A DNA stretch of 63,968 nt, counting the filler, from Octopus bimaculoides (lineage: Eukaryota), in assembly GCF_001194135.2 (NCBI RefSeq). It is 8 parts of 8 records of this genome, joined end to end, with 100 filler letters (N's around TTAATTAATTAA, not from the genome) between each part and the next. Parts side by side here need not be neighbours in the genome. Positions count along the whole stretch, not along the records: positions 41,583 to 56,365 come from NC_068988.1; positions 56,466 to 58,576 come from NC_068989.1; positions 58,677 to 60,574 come from NC_068983.1; positions 60,675 to 62,483 come from NW_026320132.1; positions 62,584 to 63,968 come from NW_026423639.1; 3 more parts are not named here. The stretch is one strand, 5' to 3'. The notes beneath the pieces were generated by a model. It did no database searches. It was given only the letters and a program-made list of their open reading frames with translations, and was not told the origin of the DNA. The position numbers were made by a program, and so were the translations under genes. Of this stretch, positions 50,724-63,017 are shown one piece after another; the stretch's first letter is position 1; every line of letters starts with the position of its first letter.

Positions 50724-51192
50724 CAATAATCACTCGCCATATCGCGGTTCACTTATCGCGCCCTCAGTACATTGCGGATTTTTCTGGCTAATATATGTAA
50801 ATTTATATTGCGGACTTCTCAGTATATCGCGGGTTTCTGCGACCGATAGGTATTTGTATTGTTTTAGATTTTTATTACTTGTGTTAAAATAAGCATTTTC
50901 ACGCCTAAAAATTAATAAATTGATAAATAAAAACAGAATACAGTACTGCACTGTATAACACATTAGATACAATTTATAAATAAAATACGTAGTGTACCGT
51001 AGATTAGTAAACAAAGAATCGCACATACTGTATGGAAAACGAAACTCGGGAGGCGAGTGTATGGTGTTGTTTTGCATTTATAATAAAATAAATATATACA
51101 AATTATAAAAATAATTTTAAAACTATACAGTGCAGTACTGTTTCTACTTCGCGGATTTTCACATAACACCCGCGATATTCGAGGAATTACTG
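50724..51192. mobile_element. pogo/Tigger-like MITE
   Basis: TIRs CAATAATCACTCGCCATATCGCGG / CCGCGATATTCGAGGAATTACTG; internal repeated TCGCGG/TGCGGA motifs. Confidence 0.7.
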
Positions 51193-51193
51193 A

Positions 51194-51244
<51 letters not shown>

Positions 51245-51246
<2 letters not shown>

Positions 51247-51445
51247 CTTTTCACTTGTTTCAGTCATTTGACTGCGGCCGTGCTGGAGCACCGCCTTTAG
51301 TCGAGCAAATCGACCCCAGGACTTATTCTTTGGAAGCCTAGCACTTATTATATCGGTCTCTTTTGCCGAACCGCTAGTTACGGGGACGTAAACACACTAC
51401 CATCGGTTGTCAAGCGATGTTAGGGGGACAAACATAGACACACAA
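51245..51445 (-). mobile_element. SINE family A 3' half
   Basis: Near-consensus reverse B segment. Confidence 0.85.
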
Positions 51446-51866
51446 ACATATACACACACATACATATATATGTATATATATATANNNNNNNNNNNNNNNN
51501 NNNNNNNNNNNNNNNNNNNNNNNNNNNNNNNNNNNNNNNNNNNNNNNNNNNNNNNNNNNNNNNNNNNNNNNNNNNNNNNNNNNNNNNNNNNNNNNNNNNN
51601 NNNNNNNNNNNNNNNNNNNNNNNNNNNNNNNNNNNNNNNNNNNNNNNNNNNNNNNNNNNNNNNNNNNNNNNNNNNNNNNNNNNNNNNNNNNNNNNNNNNN
51701 NNNNNNNNNNNNNNNNNNNNNNNNNNNNNNNNNNNNNNNNNNNNNNNNNNNNNNNNNNNNNNNNNNNNNNNATATATATAGGCGCAAGAATGAAAAGTAA
51801 AGATGGCCTCAGTGCGATTTGAATTGAGAATGTACAGTCGCATGAAATACCACAAAGCACCAAAAA

Positions 51867-51923
<57 letters not shown>

Positions 51924-51944
51924 TGACGGTGATGAAGTATAATT

Positions 51945-52004
<60 letters not shown>

Positions 52005-52865
52005 TTATTATTCCTAGCATCAGCACCATCGTGATATATTTTTTTCCCACTGCTTTTCCCCCACTACCACCTCCATCACCCACACTCCAAAATATAACCA
52101 AAAAGCAGCATCCAAACTTAACAGACTGTGTACAGGTGAGCACCAAATTGAAACCTTAGCTCGACACACTGGGATTGAATTTTGCTTCGGCTGTTTTCTC
52201 AAACAACTTTCTCAACTGTCCTGGGAACAAGAATTCCGTTCTCACTTCTGACAAACACATTATTACAACAACTATTCCCGGTCGAGTGAAAACTAAACTG
52301 CCATTTGGTAAATTTTTCAATGCCTCTGTTGTTCAAACGTTGCCTGGTTTGTTTGTTGTTGTGAGCTTGTGTTCTGTAAGCATGTGTGTGTCCGTATCTG
52401 AGAGTGCTTGTGCATATGCGCGCACGCGTGTGTGTGTGTACGTATGTATGATATTTATGTCTATCTGTGCGTGTATGTTAGTCTGTATGTCTGTGTTTCG
52501 CTTTGGTTGCGTTGTTTCGTTCGATATTTCGTTGTTGATGTTGTTTCTTTTTTTAAAATTAAACTTACATGAATTATTTTTTGATAAAAACAAACATATA
52601 ACTTGCTATTCAGTCATACCAGACAGGAAACGATAATTGAAAAAGAAACAAACGAGCGAAACAAAAACAAAACACAAACTAAATTAATTAGAAGACAAAC
52701 TCAAAGCTAAATGTGTCGTCTGCCCAAAAATGCCATCTGGTCAGACATTGGCGTTACGGCATAGAGTAGTCAAGTATAGTGAAGTGTGATGTGGTGCTGT
52801 CTGGTTTGGCCTACTGCAGAATATGTTACAAAAATAAGGTCTATGCCTATAACATATCCTAGGCG

Positions 52866-53252
52866 AGTGGAGGCGCAATGGCCCAGTGGTTAGGGCAGCG
52901 GACTCGCGGTCATAGATCGCGGTTTCGATTCCCAGACCGAGTGTTGTGAGTGTTTATTGAGCGAAAACACCTAAAGCTCCACGAGGCTCCGGCAGCGGAT
53001 GGTGGTGAACCCTGCTGTACTCTTTCACCACAAACTTTCTCTCACTTTTACTTCCTGTTTCTGTTGTGCCTGTAATTCATAGGGTCAGCCTTGTCACACT
53101 GTGTCACGCTGAATATCCCCGAGAACTACGTTAAGGGTACACGTGTCTGTGGAGTGCTCAGCCACTTGCACGTTAATTTCACGAGCAGGCTGTTCCATCG
53201 ATCGGATCAACTGGAACCCTCGACGTCGTAAGCGACGGAGTGCCAACAACAA
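52866..53252 (+). mobile_element. SINE family C, full length
   Basis: GGAGGCGCAATGGCCCAGTGGTTAG A box, GGTTTCGATTCC B box, shared body GAGAACTACGTTAAGGGTACACGTGTCTGTGGAGTGCTC, (ACA)n tail. Confidence 0.85.
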
Positions 53253-53261
53253 CAATCCTAG

Positions 53262-54200
53262 GTGAGGAGCTGACAGAGTCGTTAGCATGTCGGACAAAAA
53301 CGCTTAGTCGTATTTCTTACGGCTCTTTTACGTTCTGCGTTCAAATACCGTCGAGGTCAACTTTGTTCTTTCATCCCTTCATGATCGATAAGATAAAGTA
53401 CGAGTCAAATACGGAGATTGATGTAATCAATTTGCACCGCCACCTCCTTCTTTACTCAAAATTGCTAGTTTTGAACCTTGCAACGTACCGCCGTCCCGCT
53501 TACGGAACGTTGTGATGTTGAATACATTTACGCCATGGAAACTGGGCAACCAGTCCTACGAGTCCTGAAGCTCTAGAACAATAAATAAAACATTTTAAAA
53601 TATATAATCGCTCCTGAGAAAATATTTGTTTCAAATTTTGACTCAAGGCCAGGAATTTCGTGGGAGGAAGTAAGTTGATTACATCGGTTCTGTGTTTAAC
53701 TGGTACTTATTTTATCGATGGCGAAAAGATGAAAAGCTAAGTGGACCTCGGTTCAATTTGAACTCGGAACGTAAAACATTTTGCTCAGTGCGCTAACGAT
53801 TCTTCCAACTCGCCGCTTTCCTTCGAGAAAATATTGACCGCTTGCAAAACAAAAACAAAAAAATAAAGCATGCTTTCTTTGCATTGCGAACGTGCTCCAG
53901 ATTCCGACGTGTTGGCAAAGTCGTTAGAACAGTGGAGAGAAAGATTGGAGTTATTTGTTCAAATCTTGGTGAAGTCAAATTTTGTTTTCCATTTTTCGGA
54001 GTCAATAATACAAACAAAGTACAAACCCAGGGCAGTAGATTATCGGATTTTTTTAGAGTTTTGGATGAGATATCATGAAGTAGTTTGTTTCGGCTCTGTG
54101 CGTTCTGAGTTCAAATCCGACAGAGGCTAACTTTGCTTTTCATCATTTCGGGGTCAATAAAAATAGTTACAATAACAGAGCAGTGGTTTGGGTTAATCGT
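53262..54200. mobile_element. Three SINE family D copies (+,-,+)
   Basis: About 53262-53482 (+), 53632-53818 (-), 54075-54200 (+), with non-repeat sequence between. Confidence 0.75.
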
Positions 54201-54449
54201 TATAATATATAATAGTTTTCCCAGACCGTCGGTACTGTGGAATTCTTTGTTTTCCCATTTTCTTCCATTCAACCACCATCTTGCAACTTTTCAAAGGAAA
54301 TGTCCACCGCGTGGATTAAGCTGCTCCAGAAGGGGCTGGAATTGTTATGTGCACAACCCTTTCCTGTTGACCGGTCAAATAAAGAAACATATACGATATC
54401 TATTTACTTCATCTTCTATATCTAAAAGTCAATAAATAATGTGACAGTC

Positions 54450-54772
54450 CAGGCGGGTGGCTTAGTGGTTAGGGCGTTTGGCTCACGATCGTAAAGCAAT
54501 GGGTTCGATTCACGACGGCGCGTAGTGTCCTTCAGTAAGTCAACTCTGTTTCTCGTTGCTCCAGTCCACACGGCTGAGTAAAATAAGATGTACCTGTAAT
54601 TGAAAGGTCCCAGCCTTGTCTCACTCTGTGTCACGCTGAAATTCTCTGAGAACTACGTTAGGGGTAGACGTGTCTGTGGAGTGCTCGGTCATTTGCACTT
54701 TAACTTCATGAGCAGGCTGTTCGGATCATCGGGTCACCTGAAACACTCATCGTTGTAACCGACGGAGATCCA
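54450..54772 (+). mobile_element. SINE family C
   Basis: Same body as 52866. Confidence 0.85.
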
Positions 54773-54967
54773 CATTAGGCCGATGCACGTATATACTTAT
54801 GTATATAAATATATACAAGTACGTATCAATATATGTATATAATTATATATATATATATATATATACACACACGCGCACAGTATATGTTGAGTGTCTATAC
54901 CTGTATGTATGCTTAAATATATATGTGGGTACATATCTACACACATACGTTTATGTACGTGTGTGTG

Positions 54968-55009
<42 letters not shown>

Positions 55010-55500
55010 NNNNNNNNNNNNNNNNNNNNNNNNNNNNNNNNNNNNNNNNNNNNNNNNNNNNNNNNNNNNNNNNNNNNNNNNNNNNNNNNNNNNNNNNNNN
55101 NNNNNNNNNNNNNNNNNNNNNNNNNNNNNNNNNNNNNNNNNNNNNNNNNNNNNNNNNNNNNNNNNNNNNNNNNNNNNNNNNNNNNNNNNNNNNNNNNNNN
55201 NNNNNNNNNNNNNNNNNNNNNNNNNNNNNNNNNNNNNNNNNNNNNNNNNNNNNNNNNNNNNNNNNNNNNNNNNNNNNNNNNNNNNNNNNNNNNNNNNNNN
55301 NNNNNNNNNNNNNNNNNNNNNNNNNNNNNNNNNNNNNNNNNNNNNNNNNNNNNNNNNNNNNNNNNNNNNNNNNNNNNNNNNNNNNNNNNNNNNNNNNNNN
55401 NNNNNNNNNNNNNNNNNNNNNNNNNNNNNNNNNNNNNNNNNNNNNNNNNNNNNNNNNNNNNNNNNNNNNNNNNNNNNNNNNNNNNNNNNNNNNNNNNNNN

Positions 55501-55531
<31 letters not shown>

Positions 55532-56025
55532 CGTGTGTGTGTGTATGTATGTTTAAGTGTATATATCTTTGCGAAGATTTATATATATGTGTATGTATAT
55601 AGACATACACACAAACAGTGCTAACGGTAATATACATTCACCTGTGTTGTGTTGTATATTCGAGATTCTTCAATTTCCTTTTACCGTTTCACAAGGCACT
55701 GCCATATTTACCAATAATTTGATACATTTGAGATACTTGTTAAGCACTTTAGTGAAAAATGTCTCTTTTTCGATCAGATTCGCGTATACACAACATTTGT
55801 ATCTATCTATTAATTAGAGATGTATGCATATATATGTGTGTCTGTGCGTCTGTGAGTTTGTGCATTGTCATTATACATAAATACATACATACGGACGTAA
55901 TAAATGCATGGAGAATGACAGACAGATAGATAGATAAATAGATACCGATTCATAAATATAGGTTTATTTATATGTACATGTATGTATATATCTATATAAG
56001 GATAGACAGCCAGATAGATAGTTAA

Positions 56026-56079
<54 letters not shown>

Positions 56080-56179
56080 TATATCTGTTGATACATTTTT
56101 TACATATAATTATTATGTATATTTCTATATAGTTATTAAATATATGAATATATGTATTTATATTATAAATTGTGTGTGT

Positions 56180-56365
56180 GTGTGTGTGTTTGTCCCCCAC
56201 AGTATCGCTTGACAATCGATGCTGATGAGTTTACGTCCCCGTAACTTAGCGGTTCAGCCAAAATTACCGATAGAATAAGTAATAGGCTTACAAAGAATAA
56301 GTCCTGGAGTCGATTTGCTTGACTAAAAGGCGGTGCTCCAGCATCGCCGCAGCCAAATGACTGAA
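56180..56365 (+). mobile_element. SINE family A 3' half
   Basis: Near-consensus B segment. Confidence 0.85.
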
Positions 56366-56529
56366 NNNNNNNNNNNNNNNNNNNNNNNNNNNNNNNNNNN
56401 NNNNNNNNNTTAATTAATTAANNNNNNNNNNNNNNNNNNNNNNNNNNNNNNNNNNNNNNNNNNNNTGTGTGTGTGTGTGTGTGTGTGTGTGTCTGTCTGT
56501 GTCTGTGTCTGTGTGGGTATATAAGCACT

Positions 56530-57000
56530 TAGAACTTCTATTTCACATCGTCTAACATACATCATATGTAAACTTAGCAGCGCCTTTTATATCGGGGAAA
56601 CAGATCGCCGCCGCCTTGTTGGTCGCTTTTGCCAGCATATTCGAAGCATACTACTACGCATGCCTTGACCAGGTTGTCGCTACCCACTTCAACATTACAA
56701 GCCATTTCTTCACTCGCTTATCAGAGTGCAACGTCGCCGCACACCATGGATCCAATTTTCAAAGAAATTGAGGGAAGAACGATTCGTGTTCAAACGTGGC
56801 TCCATGTCACCGACAGGAATATTTTTCCTTCTACTCCTACACCTCACCTCATTTTAATTCCTTAAACGAAGTTCACATAGTCCTTGGTTCCTTATCAATG
56901 ATAGCCAGTTTCAGTGATAGCCAGACTCTGCTGTCTCTCATTATTTTCTCTTCTTTCAGCTGAAAAAGGACTATGTCCGAAACGTTAGCTTTTCCACTCC
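56530..57000 (+). mobile_element. Penelope-like element 3' end (GIY-YIG endonuclease remnant plus 3' region)
   Basis: AFYIGETDRR (YIG at 56588), QVVATHFN, EERFVFKRGSMSPTGI; frameshifted; hammerhead-like motif downstream. Confidence 0.85.
56960..56987 (+). ncRNA. Decayed minimal hammerhead motif (G8A)
   Basis: CTGAAAA-A-GGAC-TAT-GTCC-GAA-ACGT-T; palindromic ACGT stem III; stem I not recognisable. Confidence 0.5.
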
Positions 57001-57101
57001 TTACGACAAGTTCACTGTACCCATGGTATCGCCGATCTTATTACATAACATGATTTTTGTCTATAAAATTCTTCACCTATCTGTTTGTCTTTCCTTTCCA
57101 G

Positions 57102-57211
57102 TGTTGTTTGGCGGGATACAAAAGGTGACCCGGTAAATGGTGCTGGCATGGCTGTCAAACTGAAATACACCGAAGATGTGGACGTCATCATTGGTCCACC
57201 ATTTTCACACG
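57102..57211 (+). CDS. Internal exon of a receptor guanylyl cyclase / natriuretic-peptide-receptor-like gene (ANF-receptor ligand-binding domain)
   Basis: TGTTTGTCTTTCCTTTCCAG acceptor, G|GTAAAT donor, 110 nt, phase 2 to 1; VVWRDTKGDPVNGAGMAVKLKYTEDVDVIIGPPFSH fits the DT...A..L....VDVIIGP.CS motif. Confidence 0.8.
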
Positions 57212-57219
57212 GTAAATGA

Positions 57220-57222
57220 ATC

Positions 57223-57285
<63 letters not shown>

Positions 57286-57343
57286 AATCTATCTATCTAT
57301 CTATCTATCTGTCCGTCTGTCTGTCTGTCTGTCTGTCTATCTG

Positions 57344-57378
<35 letters not shown>

Positions 57379-57400
57379 CTCTTTCTTTCTTTCTTTCTTT
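57220..57400. repeat. (TATC)n/(TGTC)n/(CTTT)n compound microsatellite
   Basis: Direct reading. Confidence 0.95.
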
Positions 57401-57977
57401 CTACGCCGAAATTGTGATTTCTGGTCGATAACCGATGAGGAATTGAACGTGTCCAAATCCTTTGAGTATATTTCCCTATTTTCCGTATGTTCCCTTGTCG
57501 TCCTNNNNNNNNNNNNNNNNNNNNNNNNNNNNNNNNNNNNNNNNNNNNNNNNNNNNNNNNNNNNNNNNNNNNNNNNNNNNNNNNNNNNNNNNNNNNNNNN
57601 NNNNNNNNNNNNNNNNNNNNNNNNNNNNNNNNNNNNNNNNNNNNNNNNNNNNNNNNNNNNNNNNNNNNNNNNNNNNNNNNNNNNNNNNNNNNNNNNNNNN
57701 NNNNNNNNNNNNNNNNNNNNNNNNNNNNNNNNNNNNNNNNNNNNNNNNNNNNNNNNNNNNNNNNNNNNNNNNNNNNNNNNNNNNNNNNNNNNNNNNNNNN
57801 NNNNNNNNNNNNNNNNNNNNNNNNNNNNNNNNNNNNNNNNNNNNNNNNNNNNNNNNNNNNNNNNNNNNNNNNNNNNNNNNNNNNNNNNNNNNNNNNNNNN
57901 NNNNNNNNNNNNNNNNNNNNNNNNNNNNNNNNNNNNNNNNNNNNNNNNNNNNNNNNNNNNNNNNNNNNCTCACCGCC

Positions 57978-58044
<67 letters not shown>

Positions 58045-58109
58045 TGATGATAATTATCATTGTAAATAATTATACCAATTTAAATAGTGGAACTTCATCA
58101 TATATATTA

Positions 58110-58435
58110 ACTAACTGGCACTCCGTCGATTACAACGATGAGGCTTTCAGTTGATTCGATCAATGGAAGAGGCTGCTCGAGAAATTAACGTGCAAGTGGT
58201 TGAGTACTCTACAGACATGCATACTCTTAACGTAGTTCTCATTGAAATTCAGCGTGACGCAGGATGAGACAAGGCCAGCCCTTTGAATTACAGGTACAGC
58301 AAATTTTTTCCAGCTGAGTGGACTGGAGCAGCGTGAAATAAAGTGTCATGCTTAAGGACACAACGCACCGCCAGGAATTGAACTCAGGACCTTACGATCG
58401 TGAGCCGATTACCCTGGCCACCGAGCCACGCGCCT
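58110..58435 (-). mobile_element. SINE family C
   Basis: Reverse complement of the 52866/54450 family. Confidence 0.8.
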
Positions 58436-58679
58436 ACACACACACACACATGCATGAAACTCTAGACCCTTGAGTTAATCTGTTGCTTCTGCTAAATACT
58501 AAAAAAAAAAATCATATAATCATATTTTGAGTTCTTTTTTGCCGTCTATATTAGCAAACCTGTATGTATATATATANNNNNNNNNNNNNNNNNNNNNNNN
58601 NNNNNNNNNNNNNNNNNNNNTTAATTAATTAANNNNNNNNNNNNNNNNNNNNNNNNNNNNNNNNNNNNNNNNNNNNTAT

Positions 58680-60470
58680 AGGTAAGGTTATAATCTGTGC
58701 ATTGAGGGATGGCAGCCGATCCCATAGGCGGATGGATTCACCTGCTGGATGCGTGGTTTCGGCCATGAATGTCGGGACCTTATTTGCTCCTTCGCTCGGT
58801 CGCTCGAAGTCTTGTAGAAAATCGGTGGTGGCGCTGCCCACTATAATAACCAGAGAATCCTGATGAGCTGCATCGCCTCAGTGACCTTCCATTTTTCCTA
58901 CCAGTGTGCAAATCTGGTGGATTGCCCTGGATCACAGTGTCCCTTGACTCAGACAGCATCGATTGCAGATGCACTTTGGAAACCTTGTACACCTCCACTA
59001 GTGACATCAGGGGCAACTGGAGCATACCCTGGCTGCAATAAAGGGCAACAGATGAAAGGCACTTCGAAAGGTGAAAGCAGAAATTCCATTTGGTTTCAAT
59101 TCCAATTGAAGCACCATTTACACTGGCGTATCCAGTGCAAGCTATGGACACACAAGAAGTCAGTGGACTAGTTGGAAGGTTAACAGAGAAAGCAGTGTTT
59201 GTATGTGGAAGATGCATAGAAGCTATAAAGACCATAGATACATGGGAAACTAATTTCCTCAAATGTCCCAGAGTTTCTCTGGAAGTAGTAGATAATTTCT
59301 GCTACCTAAATGACTTAATTAGCAGTGGAGGAGGATATACTGAAAGTGTAATTGTTAGGAGTGGCTGTGTGGTAAGTAGCTTGCTTACCAACCACATGGT
59401 TCCGGGTTCAGTCCCACTGCGTGGCACCTTGGACAAGTGTCTTCTACTATAGCCTTGGGCCGGCCAAAGCCTTGTGAGTGGATTTGGTAGATGGAAACTG
59501 AAAGAAGCCTGTCGTATATATGTATATGTATATATATGTGTGTTTGTGCATCTGTGTTTGTCCCTCCCAACATTGCTTGACAACCGATGCTGGTGTGTTT
59601 ATGTCCCCGTAACTTAGCGGTTTGGCAGAAGAGAAGAATAGAATAAGTACTAGGCTTACAAAGAATAAGTCCTGGTGTCGATTTGCTCGACTAAAAGCAG
59701 TGCTCCAGCATGGCCGCAGTCAAATGACTGAAACAAGTAAAAGAATAAAAGAGTAAAAGAATAAGATGGAGAAAGTTCAGAGAGGTTTTACCTCTGTTGG
59801 CAACCAAAGGGTTCTCTATCTAAGTGTAAGGAAGAGTGTATGAAGAATGAGTATGAATTGCAATGTTATATGGTAGTGAGACATAGGCTCAGAATGCAGA
59901 GGACATGTGAAGACTAGAGAGGAACGAAGTTGGCATGCTAGACTGGATGTGCAATGTCAGTGCGCATTTGTGACAGAATATCTAGGCATAAGAGGAATGA
60001 TATGCAGTTTGGTTTGGTCATGTGATGCAGACAGATGAAGATAGTTGCATAAAGGAATGCTGGTCACTTAAAATGGATGGAAGTTGTGGAAGAGGGAGAT
60101 CCAGGAAGGCATTTGATGAAGTATTGAAGGCTGATCTCAAAATGCTGAGCTCTGTGAAGGAGATGACAAAGGGCTGAGATATATAGTGCCTTTGCTGCAT
60201 TCAAGAAGACCCATTCACCACATCAAAATTGATGTCCTGATACCACAATGCCACATGAAAAGAACTCGTGTTTGTGGCATATAAAAAGCATTGGTGTTGG
60301 TGGCATGTAAAAAGCACCCAGTACATTCTATGAAGTAGTTGGAGTTTGGGAGGGCAACCAGCCGTCGAAACTATGCTAAAAGAGACTGTCAGGCCTGTTG
60401 CCAGCACCTGTCAAGTCATCCAACCCATGCTAGCATAAAGAATGGACGTTAAAGGATGATAATGAAGATA
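58680..60470 (+). mobile_element. RTE-clade LINE, decayed 3' portion with native tail, interrupted by a SINE
   Basis: SLEVVDNFCYLNDLISSGGGYTESVIV / RWRKFREVLPLLATKGFS / AMLYGSET / RLERNEVGMLDWMC / RGRSRKAFDEV; tail CCAACCCATGCTAGCAT..GGACGTTAAA-GAT repeats. Confidence 0.88.
59357..59764 (+). mobile_element. SINE family A, full length, nested in the RTE ORF
   Basis: Head, (TA/TG)n, B segment, (AAAAGA)n tail; RTE coding sequence resumes on the other side. Confidence 0.9.
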
Positions 60471-60517
60471 GTGATATATATATAAAGGAAAAGAGATGCA
60501 TATACATATACATACAT

Positions 60518-60574
<57 letters not shown>

Positions 60575-60769
60575 NNNNNNNNNNNNNNNNNNNNNNNNNN
60601 NNNNNNNNNNNNNNNNNNTTAATTAATTAANNNNNNNNNNNNNNNNNNNNNNNNNNNNNNNNNNNNNNNNNNNNATATATATATATATATATATATATAT
60701 TTACACACACACATATACACACACTCACACACTCACACACACACACATGCATATATGCATGTATAGGTT

Positions 60770-60921
60770 TGGATGTGTGGTAAGAAGCTTGCTTCCCAAT
60801 AACATTATTCTCAGTTCAAACCCACTGCATGGCACCTGAGGCAAGTGTCTTCTAGTATAGTCCTGGGCCAACCAAAGTCTTGTGAGTGGATTTGGTAGAT
60901 GGAAACTGAAAGAAGCCCATC

Positions 60922-60970
<49 letters not shown>

Positions 60971-61175
60971 TTTGTGTCTGTGTTTGTCCCTCACTGCACA
61001 ACTGGTGTTGGTGTGTTTATGCCCCCATAACTTAGCAGTTCAGCAAAAGAGACCAATAAAATAAGGACCAGACTTTAAAAAAAAAAAAGTTCTGGGGTCC
61101 ACTCATTCAACTAAGATTCTTCAAGGCAGTACCCCAGCATGGCCACAGTCTAATGACTGAAACAAGTAAAAGATA
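60770..61175 (+). mobile_element. SINE family A, full length
   Basis: A half, (TA)(TG)n, B half. Confidence 0.85.
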
Positions 61176-61187
61176 ACATAAGATACA

Positions 61188-61408
61188 TATTCTTTTCTAC
61201 TCTAGGCACAAGGACCGAAATTTTGGGGGAGGGGGCCAGTTGATAAAATTGACCCCAGTATGCAATTGGAACTTAATTTATCGACCCCGAAAGGATGAAA
61301 GTAAAGTCAACCTCGGTAGAATTTGAACTCAGAACGTGAAGACAGACGAAGTACTGGCAAGCATTTCGCCCAGCATGCTAATGTTTCTGCCAGTTCGCTG
61401 CCTTTAAG
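61188..61408 (-). mobile_element. SINE family D
   Basis: Reverse consensus. Confidence 0.85.
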
Positions 61409-62114
61409 GTGAAATATATATAATAAGATATATATATATATATATATATATACATACATACATACATACATACATACATACATACNNNNNNNNNNNNNNN
61501 NNNNNNNNNNNNNNNNNNNNNNNNNNNNNNNNNNNNNNNNNNNNNNNNNNNNNNNNNNNNNNNNNNNNNNNNNNNNNNNNNNNNNNNNNNNNNNNNNNNN
61601 NNNNNNNNNNNNNNNNNNNNNNNNNNNNNNNNNNNNNNNNNNNNNNNNNNNNNNNNNNNNNNNNNNNNNNNNNNNNNNNNNNNNNNNNNNNNNNNNNNNN
61701 NNNNNNNNNNNNNNNNNNNNNNNNNNNNNNNNNNNNNNNNNNNNNNNNNNNNNNNNNNNNNNNNNNNNNNNNNNNNNNNNNNNNNNNNNNNNNNNNNNNN
61801 NNNNNNNNNNNNNNNNNNNNNNNNNNNNNNNNNNNNNNNNNNNNNNNNNNNNNNNNNNNNNNNNNNNNNNNNNNNNNNNNNNNNNNNNNNNNNNNNNNNN
61901 NNNNNNNNNNNNNNNNNNNNNNNNNNNNNNNNNNNNNNNNNNNNNNNNNNNNNNNNNNNNNNNNNNNNNNNNNNNNNNNNNNNNNNNNNNNNNNNNNNNN
62001 NNNNNNNNNNNNNNNNNNNNNNNNNNNNATGTAAACACAACATCAGTTGTCAAGTGATGGGGTGGGGGACAAACAGACAGAAAGACGCACACATAATTAT
62101 ATAAATATATATAC

Positions 62115-62260
62115 ATACAATGGGCTTCTTTTAGTTTCCGTCTACTAAATCCACTCACAAGGCATCGGTTCAGGCACTTGCCTAAGGTGTTACACAATGG
62201 GATTGAACCTGGGACCATATGGTTGGCAAACAAGCTTCTTTCTACACAGTCATGCATGTG
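62115..62260 (-). mobile_element. SINE family A 5' half
   Basis: Reverse consensus. Confidence 0.75.
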
Positions 62261-62264
62261 CGTG

Positions 62265-62470
62265 GCAGCGAGCTGGCAGAAACGTTAGCACACCGGGTGA
62301 AATGCTTAGCGGTATTGTATCTGTCTTCACATTCAGAGTTCAAATTCTGCCAAGATTGATTTTGCCTTTCATTCTTTCAAGGTCGATATATTAAGTACCA
62401 GTCATGTAATGGTGTCGATCTAATCACCTGGCCCCCTCCTCAAAAATTTTGGGCCTTGTGCCCAGAGTAT
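62265..62470 (+). mobile_element. SINE family D
   Basis: Consensus match. Confidence 0.85.
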
Positions 62471-62717
62471 ATATATATATATANNNNNNNNNNNNNNNNN
62501 NNNNNNNNNNNNNNNNNNNNNNNNNNNTTAATTAATTAANNNNNNNNNNNNNNNNNNNNNNNNNNNNNNNNNNNNNNNNNNNNGGGGGGGGGTAAGTTGA
62601 TTACATTGACCGCAGAAAGGATGAAAGTCAAAGTGAACCTTTGAATTCAGGACATAAAGATGGAGAAAATGTTGCTAAACACTTTGCCTGGCACAGTGAC
62701 ATTTCTGTAAGCTCACC

Positions 62718-62759
<42 letters not shown>

Positions 62760-62975
62760 CCAGGCCTGCATGACTGGCTCCCGTGCTGGTGGCACGTAAA
62801 AATAATTCACTACACTCTTGGAGTGGTTGGCGTTAGGAAGGGCATCCAGCTGTAGAAACTTTGCCAGATCAGATTGGAGCCTGGTGCAGCCTTCTGGCTC
62901 GCCAGCCCTCAGTCAAACCATCCAACCCATGCCAGCATGGAAAGCGGACGTTAAACGATGATGATGAAGATGACG
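62760..62975 (+). mobile_element. RTE-LINE 3' tail
   Basis: Same tail family as 19176. Confidence 0.85.

Positions 62976-63017
<42 letters not shown>

Noticed and set aside
55640-55790. Frame ending KNVSFSIRF, a tempting upstream exon for the guanylyl cyclase
   Set aside because: Poor donor (GTATAC), no acceptor, and across an assembly linker from the real exon
1479-62257. Most long ORFs in the track (poly-YI, HT, CV, X runs; 47977-49491 504 aa; 10050-11369 439 aa)
   Set aside because: Translations of microsatellites and N gaps
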